This document shows positions 51,301 through 62,700 of a stretch of 64,000 nucleotides of DNA, piece by piece. The position numbers were made by a program, and so were the translations under genes. Source of the stretch: Antedon mediterranea (Eukaryota; Animalia; Echinodermata); contig NC_092675.1 of assembly GCF_964355755.1 (NCBI RefSeq), positions 29,174,912 to 29,238,911 of the forward strand, read 5' to 3'. Under the pieces are notes generated by a model. The model was not told the DNA's origin and did not search any database. It worked only from the letters and a program-made list of their open reading frames with translations. Position 1 is the first letter of the stretch, and each line of letters begins with the position of its first letter.

Positions 51301-54300
51301 GTCTGACTCATAAAGTAATCTAAAAACATAAACAGTATTACGTAATTTCAAAGGCTACTTCAACAAAATTCATAAAAATCGCAAATACATTATAATGACA
51401 ACTACAAAACAATAGTTAAATGTTTAAATATTCAATTCTTAGCTTTTCAGTCAGAAAGTTCAATATCAAAATGTGAATAATTTATGGTCAATTTTCTAAA
51501 ACCTTGACTTTACCTAATTGTTTATCTATTTCACTTTTTGATCCTGAATCAATGGCTAACGCATTAATTCTGTTCCCCAACCACTTTGTGATTTCATTGT
51601 ACCAGTTCTGAAAAAAAATATTTCATAAACAATTAATTAGAATATGTAGTAGACAGTAATCTTAAACAAACTGACGGTTTTTCAGTGTTTTTTTTAAAAA
51701 CTTTGCTTTCATTTTGAAATATTTAATAAATAAATGCAGTTCTGCAGATTAGGTAAAGTGTTTTAAATTAAAAAAAAAAATGAGACTAAACAAACGACTT
51801 AATACTCCACAATTAACTTGTATTACAGCAGCTCCTTGAAGCATGGTAGTGAAAGAAAGTATCACCTTTTTGAAAAGCCGCAAAGCCTGTTTAGTTTTCT
51901 GGAAATTATGTTTTTTTAAATATTTGAATGTATGTCAAAATTCGGCCAGCTTAATCTAATTCAAAACATACTCAAAACTTATATGCTGCCCTGTAATTAT
52001 AATGAAATATTCATACCTTGACCAAACTTGAGGGCGCAACAACAATTGCCTTTTGAATTTCTGGCGAGGCTGAAACAATTAAACATATTAGTAACAGTAT
52101 ACTATACTGTATCCAGATAATATGAAACTGCTAACAATTATTTGAATTCCATGCTTTATTTTGAATTTATCGATTACATACCATCCGGTCCTTGACGCAA
52201 TAAGGTCCAAAGAAGGGTAATACATTGAAGTGTTTTACCCAAACCCTGTATAAAAAGTAAAATATATTTAGCTATGAATAAAAAAAATGAATGAATAAAG
52301 TTTGTATTACCAAGTGAACATATTTAAAATGATATACATTTGATACACCAAGTTAAATGAATAACCTAAACAACTACACCACACAGTTTTTTACTACAGA
52401 TATACATACAGTACCACAAAGATGAGTGAAAAACACTCAAACACAGCGGGACCTTTGTCAGGGTTGTGGGAAATATTCCCTAAAGACGATGCACTGCTTT
52501 AATGCCACAAAGGTCACAACTTTAACTGTGTGCTAATGTTAAACAAAATGGAAAACTATGATCCATTGTTACTGCACCATATACAACAACATTAACAAGT
52601 AACCATTATTATGATACGGAATCATTCAATATGCCTTGATGATAAGTTTTCAAATCTAAAGCCTACACTATCAAACTTTATGTGAAAAAAAATGTAATGT
52701 GCCCATATATGGACATGATGATGTCATATCACTACCATATTTAGGCATATCACCACCATAGTTGGGCACATCACAATTAAATAGTACTGCTATAAGCATA
52801 CCATTTCATCTGCCATGATACACCCATAGCTGTTGTCTATCTGGCGACCTGTAACACATTTCCACATGAAATCAACACCCTATAACAAAGTAAATAACAT
52901 TAAAATTGCAGAATGTACAAACATATTTTTGCAAATTCATTTCAAACAAAATTATACCCACAGTTTACTGATGGGCAAATGTCTGTATAAATGCCTGTAA
53001 AATTTAGGTAATATATTATCAACAGTATAGAAACCGTATCAAATTTATCTGTTGTGCGTACAATTGAGGATTAGTGTTGTTGCACCATACCACGTCGACG
53101 GTATTAAAGAGTTGCTATCCAATCAAATTTAAGCCATAATGAAAACCCAGTGGTCTAATGGTAGGATGTCTGCTTATCAATTAGAAGATTCTGGGTTTGA
53201 ATCTGGATTATGTTCCTTTTTCTCATTCTCACAAATTTGGTTTTTAAACTAATTATTTTCCAGTATATCATCAGATGGTTGTTTCTCAATGCCTGCAAAC
53301 AAAAATACTGATGGAAACAATGGCAGAAAATAATTTTATCTTACCTCCCGCTGATGAGGACGAAGTACTTTAGATAATACTGGATCAACAACAACTGATA
53401 AAAAAGTGAATTATTTGTTTTAAAATACTTATTTTATGTTTGTGAGTGGATTGAACAATGTGAAACAGATAGTAAATAGATGTTTAGATGTGCCAGCCAA
53501 TCATTAGTATTAATTTATTGATGAAAGTTTGATATAAAAAATTTAATTAATATATAATTTTCTAGATTCCAGCTTAACTTACCGTGAACTTGCTGGTTTT
53601 CTCTAAAATATAAAACACAAAATGACATATTTATTATTAAAAAACATATATGTATATATATATAAACACAACAAGCATAGAAATAAATTCCAAACCGCCC
53701 GGTGATACACTGAAAATTATTTAATTAATTTTTTGAAACGATAAAGATGAGGAAATCTGGGAGAATGAGAAAAAATCGCCCCAACCGAGACTCGAACTCG
53801 GACCGTCTGCTTGATATGCAGTTGCCCTAACCATTAGACCACTGGGGCTTTCGTGGTATTGTTCTTTAACTCGATCGGATAACGACCCTTTAACATTCTC
53901 GCCGTGGTACGGTTGGAACACTATACTTGCACTAGCCGTTCACCAGTGCAAGTAAATAAAACTAATATTAGTATATATATATATATATATATACTAATAT
54001 TAGTTTTAATTACTTGCACTGGTGAACGGCTAGTGCTGCCTGAAAGCTTTGCTAATTTTTCTGGCTGTTTTACTTTTGATTTAGTTTTTTGCTTATTTTA
54101 TTTTGTATCTCCATTGAGATCCAGCCACCGATACCCACAGCATTGTAATTTTCAGTGCTTATTTTATTTTGTATCTATTGAGATCCAGCCACCGATACCC
54201 ACAGCATTGTCATTTTGTATCTCCATTGAGATCCAGCCACCGATACCCACAGCATTGTAATTTTGTATCTCTATTGAGATCCAGCCACCGATACCCACAG

Positions 54301-57300
54301 CATTGTCATTTTGTGTCTCTATTGAGATCCAGCCACCGATACCCACAGCATTGTCATTTTGTATCTCTATTGAGATCCAGCCACCGATACCCACAGCATT
54401 GTCATTTTGTATCTCCATTGAGATCCAGCCACCGATACCCACAGCATTGTCATTTTGTATCTCTATTGAGATCCAGCCACCGATACCCACAGCATTGTCA
54501 TTTTGTGTCTCTATTGAGATCCAGTCACCGATACCCACAGCATTGTCATTTTGTGTCTCTATTGAGATCCAGCCACCGATACCCACAGCATTGTCATTTT
54601 GTATCTCCGTTGAGATCCAGCCACCGATACCCACAGCATTGTCATTTTGTGTCTCTATTGAGATCCAGTCACCGATACCCACAGCATTGTCATTTTGTGT
54701 CTCTATTGAGATCCAGCCACCGATACCCACAGCATTGTCATTTTGTATCTCCGTTGAGATCCAGCCACCAATACCCACAGCATTGTCATTTTTAAAGTAA
54801 TTTTCCTTTTGATTTATACATTTATTAATAAAAACATTACAATACAATAGACATTTCAAAAAATTAATGGACAAACATTATAAAATTTGGTTAAATAATG
54901 AAATTCATGATCAAATAGTATTTTTAACCAACCTGTCAACTACAATCTGGTCATGTGCTGATAACGTTTGTGGTGAATACAGAACGAGGGCACCTTCCTC
55001 ATTAGGATCATGTAGAGGCTGCTTAGCACCTTGCCTTCTTACACCTAAAGCACGACCCCCAAATGTTGGTCCTATTATAAACATATAAACAAGTTTAATG
55101 ATTGAAAAGAGTATTCAATTTGGATAAAAGTTCCACAATGTACTGCAATATATTTACACAAAATGTATTGTAATACAGTCAACACTCTCAATACCGCACT
55201 TTTTGGAAACCAGAAACTCTGTAAAACCAGAATTTTTTTAAAAAGGTCCCAAAAGATTTTGTTTACCATAAAAAAACATTTGGAATACCAGATTTTCCAG
55301 AAAACCAGACATATTAGGCCAGCCCAAGGCTGTTCTGTAGTGGGAGTACCACAATAAAAAAAAAATGATATCATTTTACCTTTATAATTAGGAATTGGAA
55401 TCTTGAATGGCTTAGATAAAATCTTCCGAATTAAGTCTTCCTGTAATAAGAAAAGAAAGCAACCAATCAGAGCTCAGGAATTATTAAAAATGATGTTATC
55501 ATATACTGTGTTTACAAAACCTATAGTAAATGCAACAATAACAAATCTATAAAGATTCATTTAATTTGAATAATTCAGGAAGTTACATGATTTGATGCTT
55601 GTGTTGAGCCATTGCTGATTATCTCTAAAGGTTGCCTAGCAACTAAAGATGATACCACATCATTCCGGCCGCACTTTATGTATTTGCTTCTCTCCTGAAG
55701 TAAAGAAAAAATACATTTTCTTGATAAATATATATTTTAACTTACTAACTATGGTATGAAAAAAAAAATTGCTTGTTTGCCAAATATGGTACTGTAGGTC
55801 AGTGGTTAATAATCCTTGGTTCAATTCAATGGTTTTTGTTGATTTAACTTGATTATTAATTATCAATTAAGTAATCTGAAAAACTCACAGTGTCAGTAGT
55901 AGTTGATGTAGCATCAAATGAAGATTTCCTTTTTTTTGCTGTTGAGGTAGCCAGAGCCAGCTGGCTAGGTGCATGTTGTCGTCTCTGTAATAGAAATAAA
56001 AACACGGAAAAGGTTAGGCCTAGCTAGACTATTTAGGCTCTACTAGGCCTATGTTTTTATAGAAAATTAAGATCATTCTTAATAAAAATAATAATAAAAT
56101 TACAATTATTAATTAGGCCTATTGTTGCCAAATCCTCAACCAACCCCAGCACCCACTCTCTACTACTACTAGCTAGACCCTAGCCTAGCTAGTTAGAAGT
56201 CTGGCCCTTCCTTTTCTCTAGTATTTAGTAGTAGGCTAGCATAGGCCTAGGGCCTAGGCTATAGGCCTGGTGTCACGATAAATATGGTCCGGGGCCAAAA
56301 TCGGTCCGGCCGGACCAGTTTTGGCTCTAAAATTGTGGCCAAAAGCAGTCCGCCACTGCCAAAATCGGTCCGGGTTTTTCTTCTGTCGATTTTAATTGAA
56401 TTACTAGGCCTATGATGCTGTTTTAAGTTGTTTATGGCTAGAAAAATATCCCATGATATATATTAGTAAGTTATCTTGTCGGATAAATACTATAAATAAA
56501 TGTATTTTATCTAAAAACATGACTTAGGTGTTCACTCATATTTCGGCCTGCCACACACTCACACCAACGGGTATGAGACGCTGATATTGCCAGCTAGATT
56601 TTATTTATGATTGAGGCCTTTTTCCTTCCTCAGCCTAATCAATATTGGATAATTGTTTTATAATAATTGTATTGAATTGATATATTGATTGATTAACCAT
56701 AAATAATTAATAAATTAAATTGTTTTTAACATCATGTGGAAACGAAGATGTTAAAAAAGAACAAAATGGATTAAAAACAGGCAGATACATGTTGTATACA
56801 AAAGCCTAACAATTAGTACTAATTATTGATGAGTTACTACTAATAATGATAATTAAAAAAACAGGTTTAATTTATAATATTAAAATAACAAATAAAACAC
56901 TGTAGTTTTCAATATAATGACTAATCATGGCATTTTTTTAATGATATATACATTTTGACTCATTTTGCGCACCATATATTTGTAAGACCGGACCATATTT
57001 GGCGGCCAAAAACAGTCCTACTGTCCGGACCGATTTTATCCAGGCCGGACCAGTTTTGGCGGCCAAAATTGGTCCGGCCGGACAGGTTTTGGCAGCCATA
57101 AATGGTCCCCCGGACTGATTTTGGCAGCCAAAACTGGTCCGCCGGACCGATTTTGGCCCGGACTGATTTTGGTGTGACATGTCACGATAAATATGGTCCG
57201 GGGCCAAAATCGGTCCGGCCGGACCAGTTTTGGCTCTAAAATTGTGGCCAAAAGCAGTCCGCCACTGCCAAAATCGGTCCGGGCTTTTCTTCTGTCGATT

Positions 57301-58413
57301 TTAATTGAATTACTAGGCCTATGATGCTGTTTTAAGTTGTTTATGGCTAGAAAAATATCCCATGATATATATTAGTAAGTTATCTTGTCGGATAAATACT
57401 ATAAATAAATGTATTTTATCTAAAAACATGACTTAGGTGTTCACTCATATTTCGGCCTGCCACACACTCACATGAACGGGTATGAGACGCTGATATTGCC
57501 AGCTAGATTTTATTTATGATTGAGGCCTTTTTCCTTCCTCAGCCTAATCAATATTGGATAATTGTTTTATAATAATTGTATTGAATTGATATATTGATTG
57601 ATTAACCATAAATTAATAAATTAAATTGTTTTTAACATCATGGGGAAACGAAGATGTTAAAAAAGAAAAAATGGATTAAAAACAGGCAAAGATACATATT
57701 GTATACAAAAAGCTTAACAATTAGTATTAATTATTGATGAGTTACTACTAATAATGATAATAAAAAAAAAACAGGCTTAATTTATAATATTAAAATAACA
57801 AATAAATCCCCGTAGTTTTCAATAATGACTAATCATGCCTTTTTTTTAATGATATATACATTATATGACTCATTTTGCGCACCATATATTTGTAAGACCG
57901 GACCATATTTGGCGGCCAAAAACAGTCCTACTGCCCGGACCGATTTTATCCAGGCCGGACCAGTTTTGGCGGCCAAAATTGGTCCGGCCGGACAGGTTTT
58001 GGCAGCCATAAATGGTCCCCCGGACTGATTTTGGCAGCCAAAACTGGTCCGCCGGACCGATTTTGGCCCGGACTGATTTTGGTGTGACATGACACACTCC
58101 CTCCTATAGATAGTATGTTTTTTGGCCTCTTCCAACTAGTTAGTTGGCTAGCGCCCCAGCTAAGGCTAGTACTAGGGCTAGACTAGGCCTCCTTCCTAGG
58201 CTAGTAGAGGCCTACCTAGCTAGCCTAGGCTAGTAGTAGGTTAGGTAGGCCTAGTTAGGCCTAGCCTAGCTACTGGCCTAGTTAGGCAGGCCTCTAGCTA
58301 GCCTAGCTAGTATAATAATATTAGTAGGGCCTAAAATATGCATAGGGCCTAGGCTAGGCCTAGTCCTAGAGGCAACAAAATTGGTCAAAAAATATAAATT
58401 TAGAATATACCAT
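45378..58413 (-). CDS. RAD54L: DNA repair and recombination protein RAD54-like (Snf2-family ATPase)
   Basis: 22 exons: 58413-58411 (ATG|GTATAT), 55984-55889, 55694-55587, 55440-55380, 55071-54933, 53602-53583, 53394-53345, 52879-52802, 52245-52182, 52069-52017, 51607-51514, 51319-51195, 50843-50693, 50202-50096, 49417-49345, 48967-48818, 48566-48456, 47969-47846, 47539-47461, 47074-46895, 46036-45873, 45576-45378. Reads [11 protein letters not shown]...[13 protein letters not shown]...LRPHQREGV...IMADEMGLGKT...CDEGHRLKN...[13 protein letters not shown]...[43 protein letters not shown]...DTHDKFKCRRC...WNHC. Confidence 0.96.
45707..45846. mobile_element. Family A MITE
   Basis: AGCACTGTCTACACTATCAAAC...GTTGATAGTGTAGACAGA. 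Confidence 0.75.
46118..46277. mobile_element. Harbinger-like MITE with CTG TSD
   Basis: CTG|TAGCCGTATTCACCAATCACACTTA ... TAAGTGTGAATGGTGAATATGGCCA|CTG. Confidence 0.65.
46436..46512 (+). pseudogene. Degenerate tRNA-like SINE head
   Basis: A-box-like TAGCTTGGTGGTAAA and B-box-like GGTTCAATTC at tRNA spacing. No intact cloverleaf. Confidence 0.4.
48017..48349. mobile_element. Two adjacent family A MITE copies (48017-48124 with TAA TSD; 48194-48349 with TTA TSD)
   Basis: TIRs and the internal CATATCACTACCATATTT subrepeat are visible in both. Confidence 0.8.
49061..49159. mobile_element. Family A MITE, internally deleted
   Basis: TTA|AGCTCTGTCTACACTATCAAAC...GTTTGATAGTGTAGACA. Confidence 0.75.
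50310..50598 (-). mobile_element. tRNA-headed SINE with Deu/Nin-like central domain
   Basis: Minus strand starts GAGCGAGTGAGTGGCCGGGCGGTTAAGACGG (A-box-like) and contains CGGATAAGTACTATAAACCGTAG...GTGCACTTTAAAGAA. Paralogs at 15308 and 63090. Confidence 0.65.
52660..52774. mobile_element. Family A MITE, 3'-truncated
   Basis: CTACACTATCAAACTTTATGTG...CATATCACTACCATATTTAGGCATATCACCACCATA. Confidence 0.7.
53070..53245 (+). mobile_element. Repeat with internal tRNA-like segment (older copy)
   Basis: CCCAGTGGTCTAATGGT...TCTGCTTATCAA...GGTTTGAATC...TTTTCTCATTCTC aligns to the minus-strand copy at 53690-53925. Confidence 0.6.
53690..53925 (-). mobile_element. Repeat with internal tRNA-like segment (younger copy)
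   Basis: Minus strand reads GCCCCAGTGGTCTAATGGTTAGGGCAACTGCATATCAAGCAGACGGTCCGAGTTCGAGTCTCGGTTGGGGCG followed by TTTTTT, with A and B boxes and acceptor-stem pairing GCCCCA/TGGGGC. Confidence 0.65.
53929..54036. repeat. 108-bp near-perfect palindrome centred on (TA)n
   Basis: GCACTAGCCGTTCACCAGTGCAAGTAAATAAAACTAATATTAG-(TA)n-CTAATATTAGTTTTAATTACTTGCACTGGTGAACGGCTAGTGC, with one mismatch. Confidence 0.95.
54101..54792. repeat. 48-bp minisatellite, ~14 copies, in a RAD54L intron
   Basis: Unit TTTTGTATCTCYATTGAGATCCAGCCACCGATACCCACAGCATTGTCA. It explains the 16-aa-periodic ORFs on both strands. Confidence 0.95.
56271..58089. mobile_element. Head-to-tail dimer of a ~909-bp non-autonomous TIR element with TGTCAC...GTGACA ends (Ginger-like termini)
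   Basis: Copy 1 spans 56271-57179 and copy 2 spans 57180-58089. Each has ~55-bp imperfect TIRs, many subterminal CCAAAATCGGTCCGG/CCGGACC repeats and an AT-rich non-coding interior. Confidence 0.85.
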
Positions 58414-58700
58414 AAAAAAGCACGACAAAATAAACCACGTTCCAACATGCCAAACTCCAAAAACAGCAAATTTAATTCTCCATCAAAAACAAAAATTAAA
58501 TTACGCGCTGAGAATTTAAGAAAAAAAGAAAGAACCTTTGACACAGTACACGCATGCGTATACATCATCTTTCTGTTGCGCCCTCTCTCGTCTGGGAATG
58601 GGATTTCCCGTATTTTTATTTTGATCCGGAAAATTAAAAAATAAAAGAGAAAAAGTGGTTGCTGTCCTTTCAGAATTTATTTGGAAATCATCATTTAAAT
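58414..58700. promoter_or_regulatory. Probable bidirectional promoter for RAD54L (-) and CLCC1 (+)
   Basis: Short CpG-retaining interval between divergent genes. Contains NRF1-like palindrome ACGCATGCGT (58550-58559), GCGCCCTCT (58578) and GGGATTTCCCG (58600-58610). Confidence 0.6.
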
Positions 58701-59749
58701 CGTTTAATAGGTTTATTCTTTTCTTTTTATCTTCGACTGATTATTTTTACTGAAAAGCTTTTGAAGCTTGTCTCCTTGTTGTTACTTTCAGCAGGCAGGG
58801 AGAGTGGTTGAGTGTTGTTTCCTGATTTTTTCAGATAGGCACCTAGCCTGCTGGGCCTAGGCTTATTAAATAAAAATAAATTAGTAGTAGGCTAGACCGC
58901 TTAGGCCTACTATTTTGTCTTTTTTTAAAGCCTAGGCCTAGTTACTACTTTAGTGAAGTTATTTAATTTCCAATATACACAATTTAATATACAACCACAT
59001 CTCGAACAATTAAATTATCTAAAAATATATTTACATCAAAGAGTTGAAATATAATACACAGAGAGAATTACAATTCAAGATTAATTGCAGCGTTAAAAAA
59101 TATATATGGTTGAAAAAAAAAAATCTCTCGTTTTACTATAGTATATTAAAAAAAAAATGTTATCATCATTAAAAATTTACATGATATTTTTTATTTAATA
59201 TCATATTTCATTAATTGGATGAGATATTATTCTGGAAAAAAAATATATACCTGTTAAGCGTCAACACCCGCCCTTGATTTTCGAGCCGCCTCTTTTTTTT
59301 GTTTTTTTTTCTCTAAAAATGACAAAAAAACAGTAATAAAATCTTAACATTTGGTTATCACAAGTGTACAGGAACAATTTTATTCCATTAAATGGTTTTC
59401 TTGAAGTTGAAAATGTATGTAGTGATTCATTTGTTCATGTTTTAAAGTGTTTGTGTATAAAAAATCGCCCTCTCTCCCTCCCATGAAATTTATTCAAAGG
59501 TTTAAGTTTAACAAGTGATTTATCTAGATGTTTTGCTGTTATATTTTTATGGAGATTGAGACTATTGTAAAATATTGGGTGTGATGGGATTTGATACAGG
59601 TGATAATTGTATTTTAAAAATAACAGATGAGACATTTGTATTTGTACTGGAATACACACCATATGAGAATTACATCTACATATTAAATCTTTATTTAAAA
59701 AATTTTTTAATTTTTATTTTTAAATAATTCCTTAGGCTTTGCTTTGAAG

Positions 59750-62700
59750 ATGCAGTTGAGAAGTTTTTTAGCGTTTGGATTGTACCCTCTCATTGTTGTC
59801 GTTGTAATGCAACAAAGAATCCATATGGTTGAAGGTGACAGCATTGATGGACTTGAAATGATTCATGATAACCAGGAAACGAGCGATCCTGACATTACAG
59901 AAATTCAGGTAAAAAAATGTAGAAAAAGCCAGTGGATTTTGATTTGATTTTTGGCTGAGGGATTAAAATTTGTAAAGTTATACTGTAAATTCTGAAATTA
60001 ACCTACTGTCATGTCCTATCTTTTGCATTATAACGAGTGGCGTAACGAGCCCCCTGGTTTAGGAAACCCTAAGTGGCCCTCCAACTAGGCCTCAGGTGTT
60101 TTTAGCTATTTTAATGCCTGTTTTTTTCTTTTGGCACTGTTTATGGGCTCCCATAAGTTTCGGGGGCCCCTGGGTGTAGCCAGTGAGCGCTCATAGCCGT
60201 TACGCCAATGATTATAACTTCCAAAAAATAGTAAAAAATTAATATTTTCCATATAATGTCTGATATTCTCTTTTACTAAATTTTTTAATCCACATTCTGC
60301 AATACTGTAGTCTGACACGCAACAAGAACTCAGAGGACAACTTGAGTCTTGTTTAGCAGATAACCAAGTTCTCAATGAGAAGCTCTATGAAAAAACTGAC
60401 CTAGAGACTGCAAAACTGGGAAAAAAGAAGATTAATGATGGCTTCTTTAAGCAGTTTGTTCGACACTTCTTGGAAGAAATGGAATGTCTAAATAAAGATT
60501 GTGTAAGTGATAAGACATGTTGTAGTTCCAACTATGACTTGAAAAAATATTATTTCAAATTAATTTTGATTCATAATAGAAGTGCATTTTTTCTTTTTAA
60601 GCCTGAACCATATGATATTGTGTATGTCTACCTAACACAAACAAACATAGAGACACTAAATAAGTATGTGAAAGGGAATGGAGAAACAGCAGATGCTCTC
60701 TATGTAATGAAGAATATGATTAAAGGTGTACAAGTCACAGAATACAAAAGTTATTGGGATAGATTGTTATCTTTTCTTGGAGTGGATGAGATGTCATTTA
60801 AGCTTGTAAGTGAAAGTTGAGTAAAGGCCTGGAGAAATAATCTAGTCTTTGTTGGGTTATTAGCTTCCAATATTATCCAAGGATTTGAATCAACTTTAGG
60901 TTTAAGAACTGCCTGTGCTGTCTTTTGTGGGATGACTCTGTCTACACTATCATCTAGTTTGAAAACAAAATTTGATGTTGCCATATATGGACATGATGGT
61001 GTCATATCACTACCATATTTAAGCATATCACTTGGGCACATCACACTATTTTAATAAACTAAACTACTTTAATAGTGTAGACAGACCTTTATAGTGTAGA
61101 CAGAGCTTAATACTTCCATGGTCTTCAGATGGTACATTAACAAGAACTTGTCTTTTAACCATAGAGGTCACATAGAGGTCACATTACACACCAAAAAAGC
61201 AGATTCTATTAAATAACATTTTTATACATATTTTTATTTCAGATTATTACTTTGGCAGTGTTATTGATTTGTTTTATGGCATTTGAAAAGAAAACATCCC
61301 TAACGTACATGAACCAGTTTCTGATACTGATTCTCATTATCTTTGTGATAAGTATCCCTTGGAACTGGCTTCAACTTTATCAGGTAAAGCAAGCACCATT
61401 ATTTTATTTATATTAATCCCTAATTAATAATTGGTAATGGATTCATATTTATATTGCTTTTCATACACAGTGGACCCGATATAACACATACAAATTCTTT
61501 TATTTCCCCCTAAACCTTGTCTACACTATTAAATTTTATGTGACAAAAAAAAAGTGATGTGCCCATTTATGGATGATGATATGATTTATCACTACCATAT
61601 TTGGGCACATCACTACCATTTTTTGTCACATAAAGTTTGATAGTGTAGACAAAGCTTAAGATCCCTTTTTGTTGATTACCTGCAGCAAACAGCACTTCTT
61701 CATCTGTCCACAACCTCGACCGGGACACAATAAATGTGATTTTCATTTTATAAGAACAAAGTATGATATATTTGAAATAATAATTATAATCGAATAATAA
61801 TGAATTAAATATACAGTAATATATTTTGCTGAAGGATAGAAAGCGCTGAAGTTCTTTATGTTTTCCGTCCTTAATTTTAGGAAAAGCTTTCAGAACGACA
61901 AGCAGAAATGATGAAGGAGACGGATATTCCAGACTACTGTCGTCCGCAGAAGGACTTGTCCCCATGGAAAACATTGAAGCAATATTTGAAAAAGTTCACA
62001 TCAATTAAAGATGAATGCAAAGAATTTCAAAAAAGATATATGGTTGATCCAATACTTGAAGTTTCACCGATTAAGGTAATTATATATATATATATACACT
62101 GTTTACCTACTGGTATAATATTTATTTGTTTTTATTTCATTATTTATATTTTTTTATATTATTAATTTGTCAAAGCAATCCCGCCACAAGATTTTCATCT
62201 TTTTCGGATTCTGCCTTCATCCATTACTTTTTTTCAATTATCTCAATCTGTCATTACTGTTTTTTTTTACTTATTTTTTTTAACATTGTAAAATTCTATG
62301 TTTAAAAGCTTCAACATATTTAAAAACATCATTTCAATTACTGTAAGATACAGTAACAAACTTATATATTTCGTTATGGAATAACGTCTATTGTCAAAGA
62401 ACACTATGAAATTCCCTACCAAATCACATTAACAAAAATGTCACTCTTGCAATTGTTGAATCTTCACTTTAGGTGTATATAATAATGTAGAACCAACTTG
62501 ATTATCATTTAATTTTTTTTTACATTTAAATCTATTTTTCCTTAATGATTCAAATCAAACCAGGCAATATATACAAATATAGATCATATTTTTCTAGATT
62601 TCAGATTACATTTTGAGATTTTTTTTTATAAACTTTTAACTAGCAGTTGTATTTGTATATACAGGCCGTTGCCAAGACGTTTGCAGTTCTGATTTTTGCA

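Noticed and set aside
53776-53848. Functional tRNA-Asp(ATC)
   Set aside because: Anticodon stem mismatch, atypical anticodon, and embedded in a repeat with a decayed paralog nearby.
54164-54874. 236-aa, 208-aa and 165-aa repetitive ORFs
   Set aside because: By-products of a stop-free 48-bp minisatellite inside a RAD54L intron. The RAD54L exon chain is complete without them.
56271-58089. Two LTRs of a retrotransposon (TG...CA ends)
   Set aside because: There is no internal region, PBS or PPT, and each unit has long TIRs with subterminal repeats, favouring a DNA-type element. A solo-LTR origin is not fully excluded.
56938-58135. ORFs with repeated AAK.GP motifs as a possible transposase
   Set aside because: They are translations of the subterminal repeats, with no DDE or other domain.
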